A stretch of 52,103 nt of DNA, from contig NC_068984.1 of the NCBI RefSeq assembly GCF_001194135.2, forward strand, positions 52,435,615-52,487,717. The letters run 5' to 3'. This DNA comes from Octopus bimaculoides. Lineage: Eukaryota. The notes beneath the pieces are model-generated. The model was not told the origin of the DNA. It searched no databases and was given only the letters and a program-made list of their open reading frames with translations. The position numbers and the translations under genes were made by a program. Positions 1 to 13,424 of this stretch are shown piece after piece. Each line of letters begins with the position of its first letter. Within the stretch, counting starts at the first letter, position 1.

Positions 1-119
1 CTCTCCCTCTTTTACTCTTAATCTCTATATTTTTATGTTGAGCGCGTGTGTAAGAATGGCGTTCCAGGTAGAAGGGATGAAATATAAAAGTTGCTAGAAA
101 CAACAGCCAAATCTCCCTT

Positions 120-291
120 AAATCACATAAAGTAAACGGAATTTTAAAAATCTAATTACTGCACTGGAAAGTTCACATCGAGAAAATTCCATTGATGCAA
201 ACATTTTTACGAAAAAGTGGAAAATGTGGATTTCTATAAATTTTTTAAAAGGCTTCACACAGACACACAACTTCAGCTTTATATATTAAGA
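120..291 (-). mobile_element. Possible Helitron 5' terminus fragment
   Basis: The minus strand reads A|TCTTAATATATAAAGCTGAAG from 291, resembling TC-initiated Helitron 5' ends. No 3' end identified. Confidence 0.3.
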
Positions 292-454
292 TATAAGAAA
301 CAAGTTAAAAATAATGATCATTACATATAATTCCTTTATTAGAGTAAATTTGACTTACACCTGTTCCTCACTAATCTAAGTAATATTGTTAGCCTGGTGT
401 ACCAAGAGAGAGCTGATGAAGTATTTTGCCCAGATTGATAATCCCTCACTATTT

Positions 455-459
<5 letters not shown>

Positions 460-551
<92 letters not shown>

Positions 552-780
552 TCTGTGTATGTGTGTCTGTGTTTGTCCCCCACCATTGTTTGATAACTTG
601 TGTTGGTGTGTTTATATCTCCATAACTTCATGGTTTGTGCAAAAGAGACCAATAGAATAAGTACCAGGCTTTAAGAAAAGAAATTCCTGAGGTTGGATTA
701 GTTTGACTAAAACCTTTGGAGGTGGTGCCCCAGCATGGCCGCAGTCAAATGACTGAAAGAAATAAAAGATAAAAGATTAA
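460..780 (+). mobile_element. SINE family A, 3' half with (TA)n(TG)n microsatellite
   Basis: gtgtttgtcccc...atagaataagtaccaggc...cagcatggccgcagtcaaatgactgaaa tail shared with 50935-51348. Confidence 0.8.
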
Positions 781-1014
781 AAAAAACAATCAGTTTACAT
801 CTGTGTTTCTTTATTTTTGTCTTTGATAAAGTTTATATAAAAGCTATACTTAATTAGCAATTCAATCTATGACTTCCCAGATATTAAAATAAGTTCTTAA
901 TGCATGCATTAATTTCAAATAACTTTATTTTTCCTTTTTAATCACTCATAATTTTCACTTAATCTAACTTGAACCTTTACTGTACCTCCTATTTCCAGAA
1001 CTAGTAACCATTGT

Positions 1015-1260
1015 GAAGGCACATAGCTGAGTGGTTAGGCTGTTGCACTCACAATTGCTAGACCATGGGTTCAATCCCCTGACTGGGCACCACATTGTGT
1101 TCTAGCACAAAACACTTCTTTTCATGTTGCTCCAATCCCCACTTTTGATCAGTGGAGAATTGTTGGCCTGCTCACCTAGCCAGTGGGGTGACATCATTTG
1201 AAGGCTAAAACAGTGCAAATGCACATTGTGGTCGGTCACGTGATCTTGTGAGTAATCATT
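1015..1260 (+). mobile_element. SINE family E (tRNA-head, CORE-like), partial
   Basis: gctgagtggttagg...ggttcaatcccct...acttcttttcatgttgctcc; similar to 32797-33137. Confidence 0.5.
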
Positions 1261-1299
1261 AGGAAAGAAAACATGCTTTCATCATCCTTCATCATTCAT

Positions 1300-1770
1300 T
1301 CATCCTCATTTAACATCACCTTTTCCATGCTTGCATGGATCAGACAGAATTTGTTGAGGCAGATTTCCTACAGCCAGACACCCTTGCTATTGCCTACCCT
1401 GTTTCCAAGGTAATATCTCTCATAGGCTGACTTTTTTTTCCTGAAGACTGGAAATGAGTAAGCTCATTTACAACCATCATGTGATGTCAATACACTGGTA
1501 CACACACACACACACACACACTCACATACATGCACACAAACACGCACACACACACCTACACATGCACGCACACACCTACACATGCACACACACACAAGTA
1601 CATACAAATATATGACGGACTTCTTTTAGTTTATGTCTACCAAATCCACTCATAAGGCTTTGGCCAGCCCAAGGATTTAATACAAAACACTTTCCCAATG
1701 TGTTGCACAGTGGGACTGAACCCAAGACCATGGGGTTGAGAAGCAAGCTTCTTAACCACTGAGCTACATC
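1300..1770 (-). mobile_element. Nested SINE fragments (RTE-tail-like piece, CA repeat, SINE A 5' half)
   Basis: tttaacatcacc ttttccatgc (tail family) followed by ctaccaaatccactcataaggctttgg (SINE A). Confidence 0.65.
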
Positions 1771-1976
1771 AAGTAAAATACACAGAAAAAAAATGTTAAT
1801 CTAATTTTACAGTCACTGACTGTGATAACTCAATTTTATTATAGATATTGTAATTTTTTTTTAATAACATATATGGTTAATACAATTATAATTTTTCAGA
1901 CTATTAACATCATTAATAACTTCAAATTATTATTATCATCATCATCATCATATCATCATCATCATTATCATCGTCT

Positions 1977-2132
1977 AGGTGTGGTTGTGTAGTAAGAAGC
2001 TTACTTCCCAACCACATAGTTTGAGGTTCAGTCCCACTCTGTGACACTTAGGGTAAGTGTCTTCTGCTATACCCTGAGGCCAACCAAAGCCTTGTGAGTG
2101 GATTTGACAGATGGAAACTGAAAAAAGCCCAT

Positions 2133-2171
<39 letters not shown>

Positions 2172-2363
2172 TTATCCACCCACCACCACTTGACAACCAG
2201 TGTTGGTGTGTTTATATCACTGTAACTTAGCGGTTCAGTGAGTGAAACCAATAGAATAAGTACCAAGCTTTTAAAAAATAAGTAGTGGAGTCCATTCATT
2301 CAATTCATGGCCGCAGCATGGCCGCAGTCCAATGACTGAAACAAGTAAAAGATAAAAGAAAAG
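1977..2363 (+). mobile_element. SINE family A, full length
   Basis: ggtgtggttgtgtagtaagaagc head, internal (TG)n, gactgaaacaagtaaaagataaaag tail. Confidence 0.85.
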
Positions 2364-2869
2364 ATCATCATCATTACCTTAGTGTCTTTTTTGCCATGGT
2401 AACATGGATTAGATGGAATTTGATGAGGCAGCTTTTCTACAGCCAGAAGCCCTTTCTGTCAACAACCATCACCTGTTTCAAAGTAAGGTATTATATGCCC
2501 ATGGCTGGGTGTGTTTTCACAGAGGACTGGAAATGAAGGATACCCCTTACATGACAGTGACACTTGTTTACATCAATCACATGATGTCAGGACAAGGAGA
2601 CACAAATACACACACACACACACATGCATATGTATGCATATATATGTATGTATTCAATGGGATTCCTTCAGTTTCCATTCACCAAATCCTTTCACAAGGC
2701 TTTGGTCAACTGAAAATTATAAAAGAAGACACTTGTCAAAAGAGACATAGAGTGGGATAGAACCCAAAACCATGTGGTCGGGAAGGAAACTTCTTAAACA
2801 CACAGCCCCACCTTCACCTAACATCATTAATAATTTTTCTGATTATTAACATCATTCATAATTTCAGAT

Positions 2870-3254
2870 TCTTTTATCTTTTACTTGCTTCAGTCATTAG
2901 GCTCTGGTCATGCTGGAGTATTGCCTTGAAGAATTTGAGTTGAACCAGTACTTACTACTTTTTGTAAAGCCTGGTTCTTATCATATCAGTCTCTTTTGAC
3001 AAACTGCTAAGTTATGGGGACATAAACATACCAACAGCGGTTGTCAAGTGGTGGATGGGGACAAACACACACAAACACACACACACACACACACACACTT
3101 ATATACAACAGGCTTCTTTTAATTCCTGTCGACTAAGCTTTGGTTGGCCTGAGGCTATAGAAGAAAACACTTGCCCATGGTGCCATGCAGTGGAACTGAA
3201 CCCAGAACCATGTAGCTGGGAAGCAAACTTCTTACCACATGCCATGTCTGCACT
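2870..3254 (-). mobile_element. SINE family A, full length
   Basis: Reverse complement of the family A consensus with internal (CA)n. Confidence 0.8.
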
Positions 3255-3399
3255 TAACAATCATTAGAGATTCAATAATTACATTTACACACAGTTTGAA
3301 TGGTTGATCTCTGTCATCGGGTGTTTTATTCCTGGATATACTCATCATACTAAACCAGATTTGAACAAAGAGCCTTTATTTTTAAACTAATCCTTTGTA

Positions 3400-3600
3400 A
3401 TGTAAGCACAAGGTCTGAAATTTTGGGGGAGCAAGTAGTCAATTGCATCAACCCAAGTCCTTGACTGGTACTTATTTTATCAACCCCGAAAGAATGAAAG
3501 GACAAAGTCAACCTAAGTGATATTTGAATTCAGAATGTAAAGCCAGAAGAAATGCTGTTAAGTATTTTGTCTGGCATGCAAACAATTCTGCCAGTTCCCC
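3400..3600 (-). mobile_element. SINE family B (tRNA-derived, cctttcggggtcgataaa core)
   Basis: actggtacttattttatcaaccccgaaagaatgaaagg...acaattctgccagttc, reverse of the family B consensus. Confidence 0.75.
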
Positions 3601-4185
3601 TACTTTAGGAATCAAGTCTATTACTATGCATATATCCAGGGATAAGACATCTGATGTTGACTGGATATCAACCAACTTCCCTCCTCCCTTCTCCATATTT
3701 CTATCTCTCTCTACTTCTTTTTATAATCTCTCTCAATATATAAATCTTCATTTCTCTTCCTTTCCTGCTTTTTCAATTTGGATGATTGACAGCCTGTCCA
3801 ATTGGTTGAATTGTCACTTATTCCTGAACAACATCTCATTCTTTTCTCCTTCAATGATCAAACTGTTTTAATTCAACAACTTCTTTACAATTTTCTTTAA
3901 TTTTCAGCCCTAACATCATTTAAAAAAAAGATGAGATCAATTTGGACAATGCAGTACCAGATAAACAACATGGTTGGCATGGTTGGAACACTTTTGATCA
4001 TAGATTTGCATGAAATAGACTGACTCTGAGACTACAAATACAGCAACATCCACTTTATTGCTTTCTCATTTCAGCAATTCTTGTTTCATTGTTTTATGCC
4101 AAGAAAAATCCATTCATTATATGATGGATAAATCTGTTCTGTCAACTTTATGTTCTTATTTCTTCTTATCGTCTTCCTGCTCCTT

Positions 4186-4278
4186 CCCTTTCTTCTTCTT
4201 CTTCTTCTTCTTCTTCTTCTTCTTCTTCTTCTTCTTCTTCTTCTTCTTCTTCTTCTTCTTCTTCTTCTTCTTTCTTCC
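4186..4278. repeat. (CTT)n microsatellite
   Basis: About 25 tandem CTT units; explains the poly-F/poly-R ORFs. Confidence 0.97.
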
Positions 4279-4399
4279 ACTTGTGTGATCTACTTTTCAT
4301 TTCTTTGAATTTCTTTGGTTAACTTATTCCTTTTTCTTTTCCTTCATCTTTCTTTTATGGTATAAATGCAAATATTAAGTATTAAATATTTTATCTTGT

Positions 4400-5075
4400 A
4401 AAAGGCATTAGCAGGAATATCTCAAACCTATTCTCCAATATGGATGTCTTTGATGTAGTGGGTCCCTACTATAATGAGGCTTTGGCTGCCAGTAACTTTT
4501 AGGACCACATCACTTACATGCCCAGCCCTACTATCTACAAGAAAAGACACCTCTGCAAAGTCATCTAGTTTTCCCCTACCTTTTCTCACTTAACCTAAAA
4601 ACCTGCATATGTAGGGCATTCCTTAGTTTAGCAAGATGAGCATTTCATGCATGACCATAGATACAGGAAAATTTTCAATAGGCATAGCTTCAGTTACATG
4701 CCTATCATCAAGAAAATTTTAGTTAATAATCCCCAAACCACAGACAGGCAGAATGCTCGTGTTAGAATTACAGTATGTGCCCACTAAATAGTGCACTACC
4801 TCTGTCTATAAGGCAGAGGTAGTTAACCATCACCAATTAAATGACAAACATACAGAAACAGATCATAGTTAGGTAGGGTCTCTTTAAGATCCACAAAAAG
4901 AACAATACCAGTTATACTGGGCAATTAAAAGAGAATGCAATATCATATATCAACTGGAATTTGCTGGAAAGATCTATGCTGTACCTCAACAGTAGTAGGA
5001 GGTGCACACTCTGCATGGCAGAGAAGATGAACAAATGTGAACCAGATACTTTCTTGGACACAAAAAGTGAAATTT
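4400..5075 (+). mobile_element. Degenerate Penelope-like element (RT C-terminus and GIY-YIG endonuclease relic)
   Basis: Broken frames read ..YRKIFNRHS.., VYKAEVV.., GQLKENAISYINWNLLERSMLYLNSSRRCTLCMAEK..EPDTFLDTKSEI, which is the PLE endonuclease C-terminal pattern. Confidence 0.6.
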
Positions 5076-5080
5076 GAACT

Positions 5081-5488
5081 CTCTCTTTTACTCATTTCAG
5101 TCATTTGACTGCGGCCATGCTGGAGCACCGCCTTCAGTCGAGCAAATTGACCCCAGCACTTATTCTTTGTAAGCCTAGTACTTATTCTATTGGTCTCTTT
5201 TGCCGAACCGCTAAGTTACGGGGATGTAAACACACCAGCATCGGTTGTCAAGCGATGTTGGGGGGACAAACACAGACACACAAACACACACACACATATA
5301 TATATATATACATATACATATATACGACGGACTGCTTTCAGTTTCCGTCTACCAAATCCACTCACAAGGCTTTGGTCGTCCCGAGACTATTATAGAAGAT
5401 ACTTGCCCAAGGTGCCACGCAGTGGGACTGAACCCGGAACCATGTGGTTGGTAAGCAAGCTACTTACCACACAGCCACTCCTGCGCCT
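5081..5488 (-). mobile_element. SINE family A, full length, young
   Basis: Near-identical to the reverse complement of 50935-51348. Confidence 0.9.
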
Positions 5489-5689
5489 GAACATAAATTT
5501 ATTTTGGTGAAGTGGTCAAACCTCACTTCACACTAGGGAACAATACATTCACAAGCAGCATACTTCCATTTATAGTTACTGCTACATCCTACATCACCTC
5601 TGGTCCCAACCTTCAATGGGGTTTCCAACTCCTCCAGATTTTTGCTTTCTTCACTCATTCCTTCCCACCTGCCTCATCAAATGCCCCTG

Positions 5690-5803
5690 CCCCCACATAC
5701 ACATGCAATCAAATAGTTTTTTGCATATATATAGGCATACACACACATATACACACATGTATATGTGTCTGTATGTGTAAATATGTGTGTATCAGTGTGT
5801 GTA

Positions 5804-5837
<34 letters not shown>

Positions 5838-5875
5838 TGTGTGTGTGTGTGTGTGTGTGTGTATTTGCACATACA
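5690..5875. repeat. Compound CA/TG/GA microsatellite
   Basis: Directly visible dinucleotide runs. Confidence 0.9.
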
Positions 5876-6286
5876 AGATTTACTCCTTTAATACCTATGA
5901 TATTATCCTTCGTTGCAATTAATAACATTAGTTTTGGTTCCTTTTCCTTTACTATTGTTATTGCTGTTATTTTATTTTTGTTTTTATCACACAGCAGTTT
6001 CAGCTCATTCTTTAAAACTAATTTAACAACCGCTCTCCATTTTACAAATGACCTTTTAACACAAACCCAGGGAAATAACTCTTCCCGACTTTTTTTTATT
6101 CCACTAAATTATCCTTCTTCACTTTTGCCACCACCAATTCTGTATGTACTTCCAGGGCTAATGAAACTCTGAGCTTCTAGTCACCATGTTTGAAAAGACA
6201 TCAATATTTGAAGTGAAACCAATGGTAACATCTTAACCTGTTATATGTCATAACCCATAATATATTGTCAATAATATATATAAGTT

Positions 6287-6723
6287 GGTGAGCTGGTAGA
6301 ACTGTTAGCATGCTGGGCAAATTGCTTAGTAGCATTTCATCTGTCTTCACGTTCTGAGTTCAAATTCCACTGAGGTCGACTTAGCCTCTCATCCTTTCAG
6401 GATCGATAAAATAAGTACCACTTGAGCACTGGGGGTCAATGTAATTGACTTATTTCTCCCACCAAATTTCTGGCCTCCAAGTGGTTGGCATTTGGAAGGG
6501 CATCCAGCTATAAAAATCATGCTAAAACTAACTTCGCTTGTGCTAGTACCACATAAAAAGCACTGAGTCCACTCTGCAAACTGGTTGGTGTTAGAAAGGG
6601 CATCCAACCCTGCCAAAACAGATACCATAGCCTAGGGTGGTTTTCTACCTAGTTGGTTCCTGTCAGCCATCCTACCCACGCATGCATGGAAGAAAGACAT
6701 TAAATGATGATGATGATGATGAT
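6287..6723 (+). mobile_element. SINE B followed by RTE-tail-like family C ending in (GAT)n
   Basis: ggtgagctggtagaactgttagc...cctttcaggatcgataaaataagtacc, then ttagaaagggcatcc...cattaaatgatgatgatgat. Confidence 0.75.
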
Positions 6724-6729
6724 GGTATA

Positions 6730-6896
6730 TCTCTTTCGTCTTTCATTTGTTTCAATCATTGGATGGTGGGCATGCTGAGGCACCACTTTAAAGAATTTTA
6801 GTCAAGCAGATCAACCCCAGACAAACACCGACACAAAAACCCACACATGCATGTGTATGTACGTATGTACATATGTATGTGTGTATGTGTGTGTGC

Positions 6897-6944
<48 letters not shown>

Positions 6945-7237
6945 NNNNNNNNNNNNNNNNNNNNNNNNNNNNNNNNNNNNNNNNNNNNNNNNNNNNNNNN
7001 NNNNNNNNNNNNNNNNNNNNNNNNNNNNNNNNNNNNNNNNNNNNNNNNNNNNNNNNNNNNNNNNNNNNNNNNNNNNNNNNNNNNNNNNNNNNNNNNNNNN
7101 NNNNNNNNNNNNNNNNNNNNNNNNNNNNNNNNNNNNNNNNNNNNNNNNNNNNNNNNNNNNNNNNNNNNNNNNNNNNNNNNNNNNNNNNNNNNNNNNNNNN
7201 NNNNNNNNNNNNNNNNNNNNNNNNNNNNNNNNNNNNN

Positions 7238-7280
<43 letters not shown>

Positions 7281-7433
7281 GCTTCCACAGTTTGCATCTT
7301 CCAAATTCACTCTTGACACATTGATCAGCCTGGGTCTATAGTATAAGATGCTTTCCCAAGTTGCTCTGCAGTGAGACTGAACCCAAAACCATATAGTTGC
7401 AAAGTGACCTTCTTGACCACACTGCCATGTCTG
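6730..7433 (-). mobile_element. SINE family A spanning an assembly gap in its (TA)n tract
   Basis: Tail half at 6730-6944 and head half at 7238-7433 flank the N-run. Confidence 0.65.
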
Positions 7434-7540
7434 CAAGAGTATGTGGTGGGGAGAGACAGGGTAAGGATTGACAAGAGGGGTTACATAAGTTGGGAGGCTA
7501 CAGGGATACTGACCGTATGGTCTTTAATTGTATGCTTGTT

Positions 7541-7775
7541 TCTTATTTCTTTATTACCCACAAGGGGCTAAACATAGAGGGAACAAACAAAGACAGACAA
7601 AGGGATTAAGTCGATTACATCGACCCCAGTGCGTAACTGGTACTTAATTTATCGACCTCGAAAGGATGAATGGCAAAGTCGACCTCGGCAGTATTTGAAC
7701 TCAGAACGTAAAGACAGATGAAAAACCGTTCAGCAATTCGTCCGGCATGCTAACGTTTCTGCCAGCTCGCCGCCT
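7541..7775 (-). mobile_element. SINE family B
   Basis: actggtacttaatttatcgacctcgaaaggatgaatggcaaagtcgacctcggc...ctgccagctcgcc. Confidence 0.85.
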
Positions 7776-7779
7776 AAAT

Positions 7780-8850
7780 TCTTTAATTCTATGTTCTAAT
7801 TCTCGCCTTTAAACAACTGAAACTGCTTGCAATATCAACGAAACATTTGGTGAGGAAATGACCAGTGAGCGGTCAGCTCGAAAATGGTTTAAACAATTAT
7901 TCAGTGGAGACCTGAGCCTTGAATATCATGAGCGTAGTGGACACCCATTTGTCATTGATGACGGTCAATTAAAGACTGTCATTGAGAAAGATCCACATAA
8001 AACCACTCGAGAACTGACAAAAGAACTTCAAGTTAGCCAGAAAACTGCCTGCAACCATTTGCATGCGATTGGAAAATCAAAAAAGCTCGACAAATAGGTA
8101 TCACATTATTTGAATGAAAATCAGAAAATGCACCGATATGAAATTTGCTCATCGCTTCTCCATAACAAGACTGATCCATTTCTCAATGTATTGTAACTTA
8201 CGATGAAAAGTAGATTCTGTACAATAATAAAAAATGCTCTTCGCAGTGGCTGGACCAAAATGAAGCACCAAGAACCTTCCCTAAACCTGAGCTCTTCAAA
8301 ATGTAGGTTATGGTGCCTGTTTGGTGGTGTACTGCTGGACTCATCCACTATAACTTATTAAAACCTGGAAAAACCATTACTACAGAAACATATTGTCATG
8401 AAATTGCCAAAATGAATGAAAAACTGATACTCCTCCATCCCAGACTGGTCAACAGAAGAGGGCTAATCATTCTTTATGACAATGCTTGACCACACATTTC
8501 ACTAACAACACTCTAGAAGTTGAGGGAACTTGGCTATGAAGTTCTTCCCCACCCAGCTTATTCCCCAGACCTTTCTCCTACCAACTACCACTTTTTAAGC
8601 ACCTTGATGGTTTCCTGCAAGAGAAGGAGTTCAAAAATCAAACCGATGCTGAAAGTGTGTTCAAAGAGTTCATCAGCTCCAGAACTCCAGATTTTTATGT
8701 TACCAGAATAAACAAACTTGTAACTCGTTGGCAAAAATGTGTTGATTGTATGGTACTTACTTTCATGAATGAAATTTCCTCTTTGTTGAAACATATTGTG
8801 AAGAGAATTTCATGTTTCAAAAGGTTGCTTACTTTTTACTCAACCTGATA
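7780..8850 (+). mobile_element. Mariner transposon, 5'-truncated, pseudogenised transposase
   Basis: HTH (RKWFKQLFSGDLSLE..ERSGHP), IVTYDEK, LYDNA, HPAYSPDLSPTNYH motifs with stops and frameshifts; right TIR ...actttttactcaacctga followed by TA at 8849-8850. Confidence 0.9.
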
Positions 8851-9039
8851 TTTAATACAAAGTATCAAAAGGCTAACTAGAGAAAAAAAAAAATTGTGCA
8901 GTGATGGGAAAAAATCTTAATCAGTGACTAATATTGATTTTTACTTCATTATATAAATTTTTCTAGTTAGAACTAATATTGTATTTTTCTCATAACATTT
9001 TTGTTTTCTTTTTGATGTTCCCTGCTTTAAATATCATTT

Positions 9040-9420
9040 ACTTGATTCAGTCATTAGACTGCGACCATGCTGGTGCACCACTTTGGAGTATTTTTAGTCA
9101 AATGAATCAACCCCAGTACTTATTTTTAAGCCTACTACTTATTTTATTGGGCTCTTTTGCTGAACTGCAAAGTTGCAGGGACAAACACACACCAATACCG
9201 GTTGTCAATCAGGGAAGGGAGAGGCCAAACACAGACACTAAGACACACACATGTAGATGTATATATAAATATATGATGGGCATCTTTCAGTTTCTGTACC
9301 AAATCCACTCGCGAGGCTTTGGTCAGCCGGAGACTATAGTAGAAGACACTTGCCTAAGACACCATGCAGTAGGACTGAACCTGGAACCATGTGGTTGGGA
9401 AGCAAGCTGTTTGCCACTTA
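9040..9420 (-). mobile_element. SINE family A
   Basis: cagtcattagactgcgaccatgctgg ... gaaccatgtggttgggaagcaagc. Confidence 0.8.
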
Positions 9421-9444
9421 CACTTGACTATTCTTCCAAACAGA

Positions 9445-10015
9445 TGTCATCGAAGAATAATTGGCACACCAACATAAGTGCACACTGTTTTGTTTCCTCA
9501 TAACTTTCAGAAAAATAGATGGTTTTTCTTTTTCAATGAAATTTTCTACAAATACTTTTCAGACAGTGTAGATTACAAGTATATCAGAATTTGTTGTGTA
9601 AAACATTTTCAGGGGGTGGGTGGGTGAAGAAGAGTTTCAAATAATTTACATAAGCTGACTTTGTTTCCTTATAACTTTCTGAAGATAGGTATTTTTTAAT
9701 GATATTTTCTACAAATACCTTTTAGATTGTGTAGGTTACAATTATATTGGAATTTAATGTAAAGAAAAAAATTGAAAGGTGCACACATGTGATGTGTGTC
9801 AATTTGTATGTGAAAACACTCACTAGATTATTTTTGTTTTGTTTTGTTTTTTCACATTAAATTTTGATATAATTTATAATTGTAATCTACACTATCTGAA
9901 AGGTATTTGTAGAAAATTTCATTAAAAGACAACAGTTTTTCTGAAAGTTATGAGGAAACAAAGTCGATGGGGGCGGGGGCACACTTGTATGCCAAATAAT
10001 TTGTTATAAAATAAA
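9445..10015. mobile_element. Foldback/MITE-like element with internal ~120-150 bp subrepeats
   Basis: Unit tttgtttcctcataactttcagaaaa...ttttctacaaatac...gtgtagattacaa occurs at ~9485 and ~9660 (direct) and ~9850-9965 (inverted). Confidence 0.6.
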
Positions 10016-10264
10016 AGTGTCAGTAGCAATTATGTCGGTTGTAACGAAGTGGCATAAAGGAAATTAAGATGATAATATTTTTGTTTTGTAAACAATTTTC
10101 ACAGAAGTAGAATTCTCAGTGATGAACTGGAAATGAACAAACTCGTGCCCGATATTTAAATAGTATATCGAAACGAATTAGTTAATCTGAAAGAGTTGCT
10201 TCCCTTATGTTTAATCCGCTTGTCTGTGGTAAGATTTTTTACAAGTTCGAATATCGAAGAAATC

Positions 10265-10561
10265 ATTATTATCATTTTAACGGCCATTTTTCCATGCGCA
10301 CATGGTTCGGGTGGAATTTGTCGAGGAAGATTTTCTACAGCCCTTCCTGTCACCAGCCCTAACCTGTTTCCAAGCAAGCTAATGTTTCTTCATGACCAGA
10401 CGTTTCCATGGAATATTGGAAATGAAGGACACTGCTTGCATGACGGTGGCGCTTGTTTGCAACTATGACGCAATGTGAAGGCAAAGAGACAGTTACACAC
10501 ACACACACACGCACGCACGCATGCACACACACATACGCGCGCACACACACACACGCACGCA

Positions 10562-10617
<56 letters not shown>

Positions 10618-10772
10618 GGACGTCTTTCTGTTTCCACCTACCAAATCCCTCACAAGTCTTTTGTAGGCTCAGGGCTATAGTAGAAGATACTTACCTAAAG
10701 GGTCACACAGTGGAACTGAACTCGGATCCATGTGGTTGAGAAACAAATTCCTTACCTCAAAGCCATGCCTGT
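10265..10772 (-). mobile_element. SINE-like element, (CA/CG)n tract and SINE A 5' half
   Basis: ttttaacggccatttttccatgc tail, microsatellite 10495-10615, then ctaccaaatccctcacaag...ggatccatgtggttg. Confidence 0.65.
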
Positions 10773-12054
10773 ACTATAATAACATGAAACATGGAATTGA
10801 TTCAAGGAGATAATTCTATCCAGTACTTTTCTTATTGAAAAATCAGTTTTTACTTTAAATTTGAGAAGTTGTTATTGTCGTTGCTGTTGTTGTTTAACCT
10901 CAAGTCAATCCTGCTCAAGCAGATATATGATGAAAGGTATTCCAGCTCTGAATTTCCAATCATTTTTGCAGGTTGCTATTTCTAGCAGATCTAGTGAGCA
11001 TGTAGAGGCTTTCCCCACTGAAAAAAAAGTGATCTATAAAGATGAAGAATCATATAAAAATACCTCTAGCCATTTATTGTCTGAGTTAGATGGTAGAAAA
11101 TAGGGTTTCTTGAATAAATAGATACAGACTAAATACACTAATTCTTTATTATGATGTCACTTGGAAGCAGACGGGATTGAAACCTGTCGAGAGATCTGTT
11201 GGAGACTGGATTCACTTCCCTACTGCATTCTTTTGTTAATTCGAGAATTACCTCCCCTGTCATTCTTCCTCAAATTTAATCATTAAGGCAAGACTAACCC
11301 CTCAGACGTAGGAAGACACCCTTAAATTAAAGATACTCTCAATGGGAATGAAACCCAAGCAAACCAAATATGGCATATATCAAGTACAATGTTGGCTCTA
11401 TCAAAAAATATAATATTCAAATTTCCACATCTCTTCATGACCTAATTATATATTCAAAATGACCGACAAGACAAACAGACCCTTATTTTAAGTCAATTTT
11501 TCTACCAAATTATCAAAGATAATATGCTCTAATTTGGAATGCCAACAGACTGGGGTACAGACTCGTAGATGCCGAATCAAAGACACTGATGAAGTTGGCC
11601 TAGATTTCATTCAGGGGTCGCTCATAGTCATATGCAGCAGTTCAAGCGTTTTGGATCCCTACGTAGTAGCATTCAAGTGTCTCTGGAAGATGAACAAATA
11701 AAATTTCAGCCTATTACATCAATTATTCTCAGAGATATCGTGACCTAAATATTGCTACTTATAGTCAGAAATGTCATTTTGAAAAAAAATGCAAAACACG
11801 CTGGAAATGGTTGGTTTTACAACAATGCCCAACTACACAAGTATAATATCCACATTTTAATGAAATATTTGCAGTTCTGCAATAATAACCTCCCCCTACT
11901 CTTCCTTACAAACATGAGTTGTGAAGAGAATGTAAAGATTTTTACAAATACATATTTTTAAAATTCATTTAAAAGTAGGAGTTGCGTCCCTTGTTTTAAA
12001 TGCGTAACAATTTAATACAAACACCTTTGACTGGTTATTCTATATACTACAATT

Positions 12055-12195
12055 AGGCAGAATGATTAGCACTCTGGACGAAATACTTAGCGATATTTCG
12101 CCCGTCTTCTCGTTCTGAGTTCACATTCCGCCAAGGTCGACATTGCCTTTCATCCTTTCGGGGTCGATAAAAAGATTACTGGGACAATGTAATTT
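12055..12195 (+). mobile_element. SINE family B, partial
   Basis: gttctgagttcacattccgccaaggtcgacattgcctttcatcctttcggggtcgataaa. Confidence 0.8.
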
Positions 12196-12899
12196 GAAAT
12201 CATTGTACATGCTACAATTAGTATCCAAACCTCTTTAATATTTTACTCCACTGTCTACAAAATGGACTGATATATTAGTTAAACTAATCCTGCATTTAAC
12301 ACATATGATAAAAAGATGGAGCACTCACAACTTGAATACCAATCAAACACAGAAATATACTATTATAAAATGGATATAAAGGTATGATTCTAATAATGGT
12401 CATATTTCTAGACATTTAAAATACAAATATATTTATGATGACATTGTTACTTTAAAAGCTTTTGTGTATGTGTGTGTAAGGAAATTCAAAAGCTTAGTTT
12501 CCAAATTTGAACTGTTCCCATTTCATAACTTCGTGGCTGATGAGTTCATTTTCAAGCAATTTATTTAGTGTACGTAAGGTAGGCACCATTCTTTCCCAAA
12601 CTTAACTGTTAGAAGTTAAAATCAGTTTTCCAAATTTATAAAGCCCTTACAATTTTATATATTTCTCACTTTATATCTCTGTTTATGGAAGAAATATCTA
12701 AGAGAAACACTCATTCAATTCCAACAATAGCCGTCCCTGTTTGTTTTATAATCCTCAGGTTCATGCCTACATAATATAAAAATGGTAATTTCTTTTTCTT
12801 TGTGCTGTTCAGTAGCTTTCATTACCCACAGCCATCCTTTTTTCAATTCAACATCATTATGTTGTACAGTTGTCAAAAGCAACATGATGTACAGCATTG

Positions 12900-13080
12900 A
12901 TCATGCATTATCAGCATCATTCAACATCTGTTTTCTATGCTGGCATGGGCTGCATGGTTTGACAGATGATGAACCAGAAGACTGTGCCAAGCTCTACTGC
13001 TTTTGCATAGTTTCTATGGCTGGCTGCCCTTCTTAATGTGAACCACTTTACAGAGTGTACTGTATGCTTTTTACGTGGTA
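12900..13080 (-). mobile_element. RTE-tail-like family C
   Basis: catcattcaacatctgttttctatgctggcatggg...ctgcccttcttaatg. Confidence 0.65.
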
Positions 13081-13424
13081 AAACTTGGCAAGTATATGCA
13101 AGAAAGGCTTATTTTCTTTAATATTCTGAATAAGTCCATTTATTGTGCAGTTGTGTTGTTCAACCATATGAAAATCTCTATGACATAAACACGAGGAGAC
13201 TTAAATCATTTATGAAGAAACTAAACAGATGACATAATCTGCCTTTGATAGAGTGTCAATCTATTGTTGGTAATATTCTCAGTAGATTTGCTACTTATCC
13301 TCAACATAGATGGAATAAATAACATAAAATAATGTTTTCTCATCAGATATATAACAAAATTCCAAAAGGGAATCTAAACTCAAAGTCTAAGCTTTGGTAG
13401 TCCAGTTAACCGATATACTATACT

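Noticed and set aside
5940-6172. Possible exon of an upstream gene (acacag| ... |gtatgt)
   Set aside because: No recognisable homology and no partner exons found.
386-7436. Many ORFs rich in YIYI, HTHT, CVCV, poly-F or poly-R
   Set aside because: They are translations of TA, CA and CTT microsatellites, SINE A bodies and N-gaps.
11580-11640. Additional CTGATGA hammerhead candidate
   Set aside because: No stem II followed by GAAA; the same applies at 12536, 31260 and 34191.
12715-13350. Short ORFs with coding-like composition
   Set aside because: Multiple stops, no identifiable family, partly overlapped by a family C repeat.
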